Of a stretch of 61,559 nucleotides of DNA, positions 12,798-26,352 are shown piece after piece (within the stretch, counting starts at the first letter, position 1; each line of letters begins with the position of its first letter). The notes beneath the pieces are model-generated. The model was given only the letters and a program-made list of their open reading frames with translations, did no database searches and was not told where the DNA came from. Source of the DNA: Octopus sinensis (taxonomy: Eukaryota); the NCBI RefSeq assembly GCF_006345805.1, contig NW_021832401.1:1-61559 (forward strand), written 5' to 3'. Both the position numbers and the translations under genes were made by a program.

Positions 12798-13269
12798 ATT
12801 AAAACACTCACACACACATTGACACACATGCAATGCATACATGCAGAGCAATCTGTAACATCTCGCGATAGGAGGCCTAAAGTATTATCTAACTGCTGTT
12901 GTCACTGGAAACATTTTCTTTCGCTTGGAAAATTTCCAGGTACTTGAACACCTCCAGCCAATGGAAACCAGTTCTCTTCGCTCAGCAATCTCTCTCATAG
13001 TAGTACATTTTCTATGCCTTCTGCTTCACAGCATCAGCCAGGGCATGTGCACCGGTATCATTACATACACTCATCTCACCGAAAGATATTCCTGAATTTT
13101 TATACCAAAAACACTCCCCTGTTGCAATCTAGAATGCCTTGACTTTTTTACCTTTCACTTCTCACCTTGCTAATTATGCCTGGATGTCTAAGCTTCTCTT
13201 GTAGAGTCTTGATACTCTTCCTTATCCCAGCCGCCTCTTTGATTATTTTTCCACATCTGTCTATCATGT

Positions 13270-13625
13270 TTTACTTGTTGCAGTCATTAGATTGTGGCCA
13301 TGCTGGGGCATTCCCTTTAGAAGTTTTTTAACTGAATGAATCGACCCCGCCTCCCATCCGTACTTATTTTCCTTTTAATCCAAGTTCTATTTGTCTCTTT
13401 TGCCCGCCCACTAAGTTACGGGGATGTAAGTGGTGATGAAGAACAAATAAACTCACATGCACACCCTCATACGATGGGCTTCTTTCAGTTTCCATCTACC
13501 AAATCCACTCGCCAAACTTTGGTCGACCCGAGGCTATTGTAGAAGATACCAGCCCAAAGTGTCGTACAGTGGGACTGAACCGAGTCCATGTGGGGGAAGC
13601 AAGCATCTTACCACACAGCTATGCC
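13270..13625 (-). mobile_element. SINE family A, diverged
   Basis: Reverse-complement match to family A. Confidence 0.75.
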
Positions 13626-13753
13626 AATGCCTATAAAAAAATCCTGTGAGCACAACCTCTACCTGTTAAGTCTTTATGGTTTTGTGTCCTGTACCATTTC
13701 CACCCTGCCCCATGTCACCTTCTATCCAGCTGAAACTTTGTCCCATCTGCAGA

Positions 13754-13852
13754 TTCTATTAGCGAGTCTTTATATTTACTGATCTTGTCAAATTCTTTCG
13801 CCGCTATAATGTGATCGCAAGGAATACACATGTCAATTAATAAACACACCTT
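13754..13852 (-). mobile_element. R4/Dong-clade LINE fragment (restriction-like endonuclease region)
   Basis: KVCLLIDMCIPCDHIIAAKEFDKISKYKDSLIE, preceded on its sense strand by (AAT)n; same family as 44166-44628. Confidence 0.75.
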
Positions 13853-13875
13853 ATTATTATTATTATTATTATTAT

Positions 13876-14070
13876 TTACTCTTTTACTTGTTTCAGTCAT
13901 TTGACTGCAGCCATGCTGGAGCACCGCCTTTAGTCGAGCAAATTGACCCCGGGACTTATTCTTTGTAAGCCAAGTACTTATTCTATCGGTCTCTTTTGCC
14001 GAACCGCTAAGTGACGGGGACGTAAACACACCAGCATCGGTTGTCAAGCAATGCTAGGGGGACAAACACA

Positions 14071-14120
<50 letters not shown>

Positions 14121-14214
14121 CATATATATGACAGGCTTCTTTCAGTTTCCATCTACCAAATCCACTCACAAGGTTGGTTAGCAAGCTACTTACCACACAG
14201 CCACTCCTGCGCCT
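13876..14214 (-). mobile_element. SINE family A with an internal deletion, about 100 bp upstream of the Mxd zipper exon
   Basis: Reverse-complement match; the segment between ACAAGG and TTGGTTAGC is missing. Confidence 0.9.
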
Positions 14215-14314
14215 ATATTATTATTATTATTATTGTTATTATTATTATGATTATTATTATTATTATCATCAGCAGCATCATCATTATTATTGTTATTATT
14301 GTTTACCCCTGTAG

Positions 14315-14489
14315 GCACTTGAAGAAAAGGAAAAGCGAAATACTCAACTGCTAGACAAATTAACGAAAGACAATGGACATTTACAAAGGAAGATAGATGA
14401 ATTATCAGAAATAAATTGGTACCGACCAGAACGGAGCATCAGTGAATGTAGCACTTCAACTAATTCCACTAACTCAGCTTCAGAATCAG
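14315..14489 (+). CDS. Mxd: Mxd/Mxi1-family (Max dimerisation protein) internal exon: leucine zipper plus Ser-rich linker
   Basis: tttacccctgtag|GCA...TCAG|gtatgc, 175 nt, phase 0 to 1. Encodes ALEEKEKRNTQLLDKLTKDNGHLQRKIDELSEINWYRPERSISECSTSTNSTNSASES. Heptad leucines align with MXI1 [30 protein letters not shown], followed by a Ser-rich linker; as recalled, the intron positions match vertebrate MXD genes. Confidence 0.85.
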
Positions 14490-15649
14490 GTATGCAACCA
14501 TTCCGTATTACGCTACTTTCTTTGTGTGTGTGTGAGTGTGTGTGTGTATGTGCGCGCACGCATGTGCGTCCTTTTGTTGTGTGTGTGTGTGTGTACAGAT
14601 TGAGATAATTTGGCTTGGCTGTATGAACATTCAATGTGATTTGGGAGTCAAGTTTTGGCTGCTATTTCCAGCATGGTAGTATCTCTTAGATACCCTAAAT
14701 TATAATTTTAATAATAATCATTACCTTTGAAAGTTTTTATTCCCATGCTGGCCACTTGATAAGATCGATATTTAAATAACGATCTTATCCTTATTTATAT
14801 AAATTTATATATATATATAAGGGCACAGATAGTGTGTCTATAGCCAGCTGGAGGAGATGTCTTCCTGGGGCTACAACCTACAGTAACATCCACCCTTATG
14901 GGTTAGCCATATTCAAATGGCAAATATGCGTCACGATGTGTTACCGCTACTGTTTATAACTCACTCTGAGATTTATCATTGTTATATTTATATATATGTA
15001 TAAATGGCGGTGCCCCAGCATGGCCACAGCTCATAAGCTGAAACTGGAAAAATCAAAATCAAAATCAAAATATATATATATATATATATATAAATATATA
15101 TATTATATATATCTATATATATATATATATATATATACAAATATATATATATATATACAAATATATATGTATATACCTTTTGAGTGTGGTCATTGCCAGT
15201 ACCGCCTGACTGGCCCTCATTCCGGTGGCACGTAAAAGCACCCACTTCACTCTCGGAGTGGTTGGTGTTAGTACGTTTCAAAAAACAATGCAAATGTGTA
15301 AGAAAAAAAAATTTAATCATAGTAATTATAATTAAATTTATGCATTGTCATTCTCATCAGTGTGGGGAACCTCTTGAAGAACCTCAACAAATTATTTTAA
15401 AAAATCAAATCTGGGAATCAGACCCTCAATCCCATAATCGTGAACACGCCTAACCACTAGGCCACATGCCTTCACATCATATATGTCATCATTGTCGTTT
15501 AACATCCTTCTTCTGTGCTCGCATGGGTTGGATGGTTTGACAGGAGCTGGTCAGGTAGGACCTTGCTCTAGATTTCTGTCTGTTTTGGCAGGTTTTTTAT
15601 GGCTGGATGCCCTTCTTAACATCTAACATGCAGCAGAGTGGAATATATC

Positions 15650-15995
15650 ATCATCATCGTTTAATGTCCACTTTCCATGCAAGTATGGGTTGGACGATTT
15701 GACTGAGGTCTGACAAACCAGATGGCTGCACCAGACTCCTGTCTGATCTGGCAGAGTTTCTACAGCTGGATGCCCTTCCTAACGCCAACCACTCCGAGAT
15801 TGTAGTGGTGGCTTTTACATGCCACCAGCACGAGGGCCAGTCAAGCAGTACTGGCAATGGCCACGCTCAAATGGTGCTTTTTATGTGCCACCTGCACAGG
15901 AGCCAGTCCAGCAGTGCTGGCAACGACCTCGCTCGAATATTTTTTCATGTGCCACCAGCACAAGTGCCAGTAAGGCGATGTAGGTAACGATCATG
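15650..15995 (-). mobile_element. Family C element with about 3 internal units
   Basis: Core plus repeated GGTGCTTTT..GTGCCACC units. Confidence 0.8.
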
Positions 15996-16310
15996 CTTGA
16001 ATGGTATACATATATATATGTATATATATATATACATATACATATATATGTATGTGTTTACAATGGGCTTCCATACAGTTTCCATGTCCCAAATTCATTC
16101 ACAAGCCTTTGGTCAGCTTGGGGTTAAAGTAAAAGACACTTCTTGCCCAGGGTGCCACATAGTCGGATTGAAACCCCCAAATACATGGTTGTAAAGCAAG
16201 CTCCTTCTTAACCATACAATCTTACAACAAAATTTTTTAGATATCCTTAACATTCTTTGTTGCTGTTGTTATTGTTGTTGTTAATTATATTTTATGTTTT
16301 TGTTTTTCAG

Positions 16311-16453
16311 ATGATGTGGACATCTTAGGATATAACAGTACGCAAAGTGATGACAGCGAGGACCGAAGTAGCATCGACAGTGACGGCTTTGTGTCCGGCA
16401 CGGGACAGCTGTCGCTGGACACCAACTCCAACCGCCCCATCCCATTGCTATGA
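16311..16453 (+). CDS. Mxd: Mxd/Mxi1-family terminal coding exon
   Basis: ttttgtttttcag|AT joins in frame with the G from the previous exon: (D)DVDILGYNSTQSDDSEDRSSIDSDGFVSGTGQLSLDTNSNRPIPLL*. Matches the acidic DVDV...SD.DD.SS..SD.G C-terminus of Mad/Mxi1 proteins. TGA at 16451-16453. Confidence 0.85.
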
Positions 16454-17603
16454 CTCTCTGCGAGGAAGATACATCGCGTTGTCAACGGTAACCGCAGAGC
16501 CAGCTGTGGTGGCGATGACGACGATAACGACGACGACGACTACAATGACGACGACGACGGCAAAAGTGGCGATGACAGTGATGGAGATGATGTTGAAGAG
16601 GAAGAGGTGGAGGAGGAGGAGGAGCGGGTGTGGGTGTGGGTGCAAATGCAGGAAAGGAACGGGGAGTGGGGGATGGGAAAGAAAAGACTCGTGGCCAAGG
16701 CGGAAGCTCATGGCACATTTGTCATTGTAAACGGCAACAACTTCATTGGCGGACATGCAGACAAACGCAAGTGTCACCATCGCCTTTGTCGTTGTCCGAT
16801 AGACTTTTCTTCACCGGATGACCATAACCATAACAACAAGAACAACAGCAGAAGCAGCAACAACACCAACACCAACAATAACAACAGCAGTCACAGCATT
16901 GATAAATGTTGCTCTTACTACGACAGCAACACTCACCCTAGCCACAGCAACATCGACAACAATCACAACAATAACAACATCAAATATTGCTTTTACCATA
17001 GCAACACTCACCCTAGCAACAACAGCATCAACACCAAAAACAGTCACATCCATAATAACACCGATCACAACCAACGTGGCTGTAGTTCCGACTGCGACCA
17101 CCACTACTGCTACACCAGCAACCACGGCAACAGCAGCACAATCACCGTCGTCATCTTCATCACCATCACCTACAGCAATTACGACAACAACAACAACAAG
17201 AACATCAACAACAATAATAACGATGATGATGATGATGATGATGACGACGACGATGATGATGATGATAATAATAATGATAATAATAATGAAAATGTGAGTG
17301 TTGTGTGCGAGCGCACGGCTGCAAAGAGCAAAGCTGCGGACTGCTGGACGGCGGCGGTGTCGGCGAGGGGGTTTGCGAAGGATGTGGCAGTGGAGAATGA
17401 GGAAAGGATGCTTAGCAAGAAGCAGAGCAGATGCAGTGAAAATGGCAATGACATCAACTGCACCAACATCAACAACGGTAACAACAACAACAACAAGTGT
17501 GTAACAAACTTTACAAACATGCTCTATACGAACAACACGATGAAGGATATGATGATGATGATGATGAAGAAGAGGAGGAGGAGGAGAAAATGGAAGTCAC
17601 TGA

Positions 17604-17649
<46 letters not shown>

Positions 17650-20305
17650 GTTGCATAATTGGAACTCTATTTTAAAAGTGTTTTTTGCTGCCAAACATAT
17701 ATACAGAGTAGGTTGTTCACCTACCATGATACCACTACAACCACCACCACCACCACCACCACCACTATTACTACTACTTTACCCTGACCTTCACCCACAC
17801 CCACAGACCCTGCTACAAACACGCCTCCACACACACAAGCCCTATGCGCCACCAACTTGATTGTTCTTACCTGCATACACACATACTTTATGAGAAAAAG
17901 AAAAATAACAAAAATATACCAAAACAACACCAAACAGTAGACAAAAATACAACCAATAAAATGTCCACCCTTCCTGAGTCACACCATCCCTGCCCTCCAC
18001 GCCCCGCCCCCCCCCCCGTCACCCTTAATCCAAGCAAAACCACTGCCCTCTACAGCACTTCCTCACCTACCATCCAACATATCCCCTTTAACCACTTCCT
18101 GTCATATTATAACTACTAGAACTTTTGTGTGCCAAGAAGACAACCCTTAACCCCTATCCACTTTATTTTCATGGCCCCCCCCCGTTTGATCCCCCTCTAA
18201 AAAAAATGCTTAACCCCCCCCCCCACAAATTACACTGTTCTGTCTTAAAAACAACAACTGTGCATCAATGTAGTTCTTGATTATGTACTATAAGAAAGAA
18301 GGAAAAAAGAACACACACACACAAAAAAAAGAAAAATATTTAACCGGCAGGATGGTCACAGTTAGAAAGCCTCTGGTCACTGATCTTTTGGATCAAGGCC
18401 AATTTGGGTGGGATTAACAACCACAGTAACTTATACTTTAACTCTTCCTCCCTCCCCCCGTCCACACCCCTTTCTCTCTCTCATTCTTCTACTACTACTA
18501 CTACTACTGCTACTACTATCACACTTCTTTTCCCTGTGCCATGGAGCGCTGTGTCTTACCGCCTCCTTTCAGCCTATGGAACTTGGGTCCCAGAGGCTAG
18601 CCTTGCCCACATGTGCACCTCTAGCAAACACCGGTTGCCATTGGGTGAAGAGCCTGCCTCTACAAGGCTGTCAGGCCACAAGCCTGCTAGAAATTGCAGC
18701 CACATCTTCCACAAATCATTAATTCCACTGTCTTAAATGGAAGAAAAAGAAGAAAAAAAAATAAAGGGTACATTGCATTATTATTATTATTATTATTATT
18801 TTTATTTTATTGTTTTTTTTTTTCCCTATCTTATAATTGTTAAGGCAGCAAGCTGGCAGAATCTGTCGCACACTGGACAAAACGCTTAGTGAAATTTCAT
18901 CAGTCTTTATGCTTTAAGTTCAGATTCTATCAAGATTTAGTTCACCTTTCATCATTTTAGGGGTCATTAAAATAATACCCATGAAACATAGCCCTTCCCA
19001 CAAAATTCCTAGGCATTGTGCCTAAAATACAAAGGATCATCATTATTATTGTTATTGTTATTATTATTATTATCATTATTATTATTACTACTATTGCTGT
19101 TATTATTATATAGTCCTAGATGTACATTTCATCTGAATAAAAGACAGGATGGTCACAGTTGGAAGGTGTTTGTTCATAGGTCTGATAAATAGGGCTGACC
19201 TGGGGTTAAACAACAACAGTAGTGCCAACAGTGTGGTCTGACCAGCACTTTTCTATCTTCACCCCCTAATACCAAGTTCCATTCCCCCCCCCCGAGACCC
19301 CTGACTACACCCCCCACCCACACACAAACTCCTATACACATGATCTCTACCTCCAACCACAGTTTGTGACTCCCTCCCCCTCTGCAGCTTAGCTATGCCT
19401 TCTACCCAATGCATCCTCTCTTGACAGCTTCTCTCCATATTCTTTACTACACACGCATACACACACACATACACACACACACACACGTGCGCGCACTCTC
19501 TTCCACCCATCCCGTATCTTTCCTTCTGCCACGTCGCCACAACCGCCACAACCAATAAATAACACCCCCACCCCCTGCCTCACCTTCAAGAAAACTAAAC
19601 CCCCTACCACCATCCTGCCCCTTCCCCCAAAGTTAAACCAGTAACAAATCTACTTTCTGACTAAAAACCTCTTTTCACAATTTTTATTTAAAAAAGATGA
19701 ATGGAAAAAAAAAATATATATATATATAAATAATTAATAAATAAATATGAAAAATATTTCAGATGACAAAAATACAAAAAAAATTATTATAAAACATACA
19801 TACATACATCATATATATATATGTGTATATTTACATATATATATATACATATATATATGTATATACATATGTATAAACATGTACATGTATATGCGTGTAT
19901 ATATATATATGTGTGTACATATGTATATGTATGCATATATGTGTGTGTGTATATGAATATATATATATATATGCATACACTCAAACATACACGTGTATAT
20001 ATATATATATGCATGTATGTTTGTATGTATTTCTATGTATGTAAATAAATAAAGAAATGTTGAAAAAAAGTTTAATATTGATTTTAGAGATTTAAAAATA
20101 AAATAATATAAAAAAACTCCCCAAAAATAAGATAGAATTTTAAAAAAATGGAAAAAAAAACAAAAACGAAGAAATAGAAACAGCAAATAAATAATTTAAA
20201 AAAACAAAAAACAACTTTTTAATCCAGGTGTAATGTACCCCCAAAATGTGTGAGTGAATATACTATATAAATATATATACATACACACATGTTTATATAT
20301 ATGTA

Positions 20306-20355
<50 letters not shown>

Positions 20356-20365
20356 ATATATATAT

Positions 20366-20424
<59 letters not shown>

Positions 20425-21742
20425 ACAGAATTTATGAAATGAAAAGTCTCCCCATACTTTCCCATTAACAATTATGATGATAATGTTGAGGATGATGATG
20501 GCAATGATGATGATGATAATGATAATGATAATAATATGGAGGACAATGATATGGGTAATAATAATATTAATAATGATAATCGTAATGATAAATCATGCTG
20601 ACAAGTGGCAGTGAAATAACGATGATGAGGATATTAACGAAGGAGGTGCGGGCGACGACGACGACAACTAATGATGATGATGATGATGATAATAATGACT
20701 GTTGTTGTTATTATTGCTGTTGTTGTTGTTGTTATGGTGTGAGAAAGGTTAAATAGATATAATAACAACAACAACAACAACAACCAAAAGACTAATTTTT
20801 AAAAAAACAAAATCAATAAATAATGAAACCAGACTATGATGAGATTGCATGGAAGCATGAATTAGCTGTGTGTGTGAACCAAATATATATATGTGTGTGT
20901 GTATGTATATACATATATACATACATGCATGTATATATATGTGTGTGTGTGTGTGTGTGTATATCTTCAAGTTATGGACTATTGGAAACTGTAAACAAAA
21001 GCTAAACACAAACAACAAGCATGAACGTCTCCTCTTCCTCACATTAAACTGAGCTATTGCAATGTTTGTATGTGTGAATATATGTACATACATACATATA
21101 TATATATATATATGTATGTATGTATATATTTGTTTTGTTTGTATAAATAAGAATCTCCACAGATTTCCATCATAAACATGTATCAGTTCCCCCCCACCCG
21201 CCCACCCTCCCACTTTATTATTATTATTATTATTAATTTTTTTTTTTCTTCATAAGAACAAACCAAAATGTAAACAAAGCAAATACACACCCACTACATA
21301 TATATACGTATGTGTACACATACATACATACATACATACATACATACATACACATGTATACATATATGTGCATATATATATATATATATGTATTTATATG
21401 TTTACGTATGTGTGTATATGCAGCTTTTTTTTTTTTCCGTTAATATATATATTAAAAAAAAAAGTAAAACGATAATGTTGATGATGATGATGATGATGGT
21501 GATGATGGACTCATACTGAGATAAAGACAGTGTTTGTGATAACAATACTGGCGTTAAAACTTTTAAAATAGATGCCGGAAGAATGTTTTTATCATTTGTG
21601 TGCATGTAAACATACACACACACACACACACACACATATATATGTATATATATATATGTACATAATGTCAAAGAATTTTAGTACGTAAAGACGGAATAAA
21701 CAGACTTTATTATTATTATTATTATTATCATTGTCATTATTA

Positions 21743-21780
<38 letters not shown>

Positions 21781-22166
21781 TTATTATTATTATTATTATT
21801 GTAATAAACCCTGTTCATTCCATCTTGCATTAAAATTTTTTTGTGTATATATATATATACTCTACGGATACTCGCAGATTTCCGCATGCATATCCAGTAA
21901 ATGGAAAAGTCCTACTGTATGATAGCATCTGGTAGCTGATATCCGAAGAGGAGCTTTGTAAAAAGCAGTATAAGATTATTACCCATTATGTACATTTTAT
22001 ATATATATACACACACACATATATATACACACACACTCAGCCACACATATATTTACAATTCAGTTTATTTTCTGTTTTTTTTTTCATATTTTCTCTTAAC
22101 TTCTTTTTTTTCTCCAACTTTTTTTTGTTTGTTTTCACATGCAATATTAAGAGAAGAATTTACAAA

Positions 22167-22243
<77 letters not shown>

Positions 22244-25200
22244 ATATTTATATATATATATAAAACAGAAAAAAAACAATCATAATAGCAACAGGTTAAC
22301 AAACTTTAAGAATAAAATTGTGTTAATTAAAGTAGAGGTGGTCAGGGTATGTTGCCGTCAGTGATTAATTCTTCATCATCTCTCATTACAACCCTCCTCA
22401 CAATGACGATGACAACAACAACAACAACAGCAGCAGCAACAATAACATAACCAGTAATAGCGGCATCGGTAATTAACATAGGAGTTTGGGTGTTGGTGTT
22501 AGTAGTGGTGAGTAGCAAGTGCTGTTTAATGGGGGTGGATAGCGTGTACACAAATGACGACGATGATGCTGATGATGATGATGATAATTGCAATCAGGTG
22601 ATGTAACAATTAAATGGCTTGGGGTAGGCTGGGGATGTCTTTTCTGGTGGTGGTGAGGTGTGGTGAAATTTGATTACTTTTTTTTTTATTTTAAACAGCC
22701 TTAACCACTATTACTGGTAAAGTGCAGATCCAAATGTCATAATAATAATAATAATAATAATCTTTACTACTATAGAGACAAGGCCTGAAATTTTTACAGC
22801 TGTGCTGGAAATAAGTCAATCACATCAACCCCCTATCTTCTGCTGGTACTGATTTTATTGACCCCCGAAAGGGTGTAATGCAAATTTGACCTTGGCCGAA
22901 TTTGAACTCAGAACGTGATGACAGACAAAATGCCTCTAGGTATTTTGTCTAACGTGTTTGAATAATAATAAGAATGATGATGATGATGATGATCATCATC
23001 ATCATCATCAGCATGGTAATCTAATGACTCAAGGCTTGTGGGATGGGGTGAGCAACGCAGTCTCTTTCGGCTGAATCAGTAAAGCCTCAAACAAATTTCT
23101 ATCTTATGTCAATGTTGTGAGTTCCAATCCCACTGGTGCGGTTAAACTTTGCCTCTTGTCCCTCTGCGGTCAATGTCATTAACTGTACCCCCCATCCACC
23201 CACCTACACTTACCTGATAAATTTGAGACTTAGAAAGTAAGGATAATGATGACGATGATGATGATATTCATAATTTTCTAGTTAACCATTGTTTTAGTGA
23301 AACATGAACAGTACATCATAACGGCACCACCGTAATCATCACCACCATTTCCATCACCACAGAGCAAGCCAGTGACAAAGCCTCTACCGTGTCAATCAGC
23401 CTGCTTGTAATAGCAGCCAAATCTCACTCAAATTATTATGCCCAAAAACTATTGGATAATGTAGTGCTGGATGCTCTGTGTCTGGGAAAATATGACCAAG
23501 TGGTCAAAGTTTGAATGATTTTGGGTCATAGGTCAGGTCTGCTGGATCAGGACTGACCCAGGGCTATACAACAACAAGAATCATACGTGTTTGAGACATA
23601 GCATGTTTCTGTCCACTTGTGAGCTTTGTCGGTCAGTGACTGTGGTGTTGGTGGTGGCAGCGGTGGTGGTGTACCCTCCATACATATTTAGTTTCTTCAT
23701 GACATCTCCCGATCATTTGTGTGTGTGTGTGTGTGTGCGTGAAGCTACCTGTTCAAGCCTTTTGTGATGTAAGAGGTCTGTTGTAGGGTGGATGGTGTGT
23801 GTGTGCGTAATTGTCAGAACCAGTTGGTCAAGCATCAGACAAAACGCCTTGCATGTATTTAGCTCCAACATTTTTACATCCTGATGATCAAACTCTAACA
23901 AACTTCCAGCATCATCTCATTTGCCATTTATCCTTTCCCCCTTGGGTAAGGGTTGGAATTATATATATATAGATATACCATCTTATATCTTTCTTCTCCC
24001 TATCTCTTTTCAACTGGCCAGTATCTCCTCACTTGCAACATGTCTGTTTTTGTCTCTCTATTCATATTCTAATTTCTTATCTCCAGGCACAAGGCCCCCC
24101 CTCCTTCAATTGAGGGGTCTTTCCTTGGAAGGTACTTGGTGGTCTCTTTGCTGCTGGTGCCACATAAAAACCCCTCAGTACACTCTGTAAAGAGTTTTGC
24201 GTTAGGAAGGGCATCCAACCATACAAACCATGTCAAAGCAGACAGTAGGGTTTGGTGCAGTCTTCTGACTTTCCAGCTCTTGTCAACCCATCCAACCCAT
24301 GCGAGCATGGGAAATGGACAATAAATGATGATGATGATACATACGAGTGTGTGTTTGTGTTTAGGTAATTACATATCAGTTCAGTGGTGATGGTATCGGT
24401 GTTAGTGGTGCAACTAAGTCAAAGAAACTTCAGCTTTATCACTAAAAACAAAACAACTTCTGTCCCTATCAAACATCTGCCTTCAAACTAAAGTACTTTG
24501 TTGTAGGTGTTCTATTTGAGTTCCCTCCCTTTGTAAAAGCAGTCAACTGTTGTAACCAATGGCAATATTGCTCCCAAATTGCGATATGAATAAAATTAAA
24601 ATAATAAATAACTAGAATATGGCTGATTTTTGTGTAGGTCCCCTGGTCTGGCTAGGTTTACCTTACAGAAATACCAGTGTCTGTTCATAGAATAATGTTG
24701 ACTGTTATTTCTTTGGTGTCAAATACCTGTAATAGCTGCATGTGAAATAACCAGCAGACTTCATGGAGGATGATTCTTTTTCTCACTATTGAAATCCTTT
24801 CACATTTTTGCTTTTTCTGTCTGATAAACTAGACAGGTGGTTTCACTCATTCATTCATTAGTCAGTGTGGACATTTCATAGGAAGGTTCAGTACTTCGCT
24901 AAACTTCAGCTGACTATAATAGCATTCACTCAGAAGAGAAGAGACAAACCCACTAGGCAGGATGTTAGTCTTTTTCACCTTGTTTTACACACATGTATAT
25001 ATATATATATATGTGTGTGTATATGTATGTATATATATGTATATCTATATGTATATGTATGTATATATATATATATATGTATATGTATGTATATTCCACA
25101 GTTATTAGAAATTGCGTCATGTGGAATAAAGTGCCCCGACAATCTATTTCTTGTCTCTCTCTCTCACTCTCTCTCTCTCTCGCTCCCTCCTCATGATCGA

Positions 25201-25966
25201 GTGGTCAGTACTTTGGATGACCAACTGGCAGATCACAAGTTCATGTCCTGCCACCAGCAGTATAGAATATCTATTCATTCCATGAGTTTGTTAAATCGTG
25301 ACTGAATTTTCTTAAGTTCTTGCATTCACAATAACTAGTCCACCACTGTTAGTTAGGCTGTCAATAGGTACCACACAATATATTTCTTTCTTTTTTTTTT
25401 GTTGTTTCATTGCTTTCTGAGATGGAGCTGAAAGTTTAGTTCCAAGTCATTCTTGCTGATAAAGAAAAACACAACAATAGCAAGATAGATATACAAAGCT
25501 GCATCATTGTCAGAAAACAGATCTAGCAAAGAAACATTTAGGCGTCATTTTAGATATTTGGATATTTTATATATTTTTCTCCTTTTTTTTTCTTTCCGAA
25601 AAGCAGTGCTCCAGCATGGCCACAGTAAAATGACTGAAACAAGTAAAAGAGTATGTAGATATGACATGAATGTAGAATTTTGTAAAATACGGTTTAATGA
25701 TATTGAAACTATTGGCTCTCTTTTGCTTAGCTCTACAGTAAATCTGGAGTTAAGCTTCACCAGTATTACATAGAATCCTTATCGTGAGTTCAGAAGAGCA
25801 CCATGCCATCACACATCCCTCTTCCTCCTCCTCCTCCTCCTCTTCCTCTTTTCCAAGGTTTTTTTTTCCATTTGGAACTGGTAAAGAAACTTAGAGAATC
25901 ACATAGGAAAGTGGTGCTGTTTCTATAAAGATCTCGCACTCTCACAGAACCAGTACATATCATATA

Positions 25967-26029
<63 letters not shown>

Positions 26030-26227
26030 ATAATCATTTTAATGTCCACTTTTCTATGGTAGTAATATATTGGATTGAATTTGTTGAGGCAGATTTTCTA
26101 TGGCCAAAGGCCCTTCTATGACCAAGGCCCTTCATGTGCCAAACCTCACCTGTTTTCCATATGACCAGATATGTTTTCACAGAAGACAGGAAATAAAGAA
26201 CATCACTTGTAAAATGCTGATGCTTAC

Positions 26228-26352
26228 CATGCAATCCTTCTTCTGATCTGGAACTCCTGTCTGAAAAAATCTCGTCACCTCTTTGGCTATCTTTAAGTCT
26301 TTCCCTTATAAATATGCTGCAGAATACTTGTAGCGTTTGCTCTAAATTGCTG
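26228..26352 (-). CDS. Candidate exon of an unidentified minus-strand gene
   Basis: tatattacacag| acceptor (NAGNAG) and GCATG|gtaagc donor; open frame SNLEQTLQVFCSIFIRERLKDSQRGDEIFSDRSSRSEEGLH. No homolog recognised. Confidence 0.3.

Noticed and set aside
12841-13265. Possible LINE remnant on the minus strand (KEEYQD, FKYL-like words)
   Set aside because: Too decayed to assign by eye.
16451-16453. Selenocysteine reading of the Mxd UGA
   Set aside because: No SECIS-like AUGA...AA...GA stem recognised; the position equals the normal C-terminus of the family.
16818-17297. Thr-rich mucin-like ORF overlapping the Mxd extension in another frame (also 16347-16730)
   Set aside because: No acceptor or credible start links it to a gene; it is explained by ACA/ACC-rich DNA. 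Kept only as a caveat that this region is stop-poor.
17680-18140. miR-96/182-type seed matches (TGCCAA) in the presumed Mxd 3' UTR
   Set aside because: Six- to seven-mers are expected by chance without conservation data.
23818-23945. Plus-strand AG...GTAAG interval open for 42 codons (PVGQASDKTPCMYLAPTFLHPDDQ...)
   Set aside because: Acceptor lacks a pyrimidine tract, no partner exon or homolog; compatible with chance.
26228-26352. Faint resemblance of the frameshifted reading to PRELID1 (neighbour of human MXD3)
   Set aside because: Needs an indel plus a gap, and no other PRELI exon (e.g. WQRYPNP) was found.
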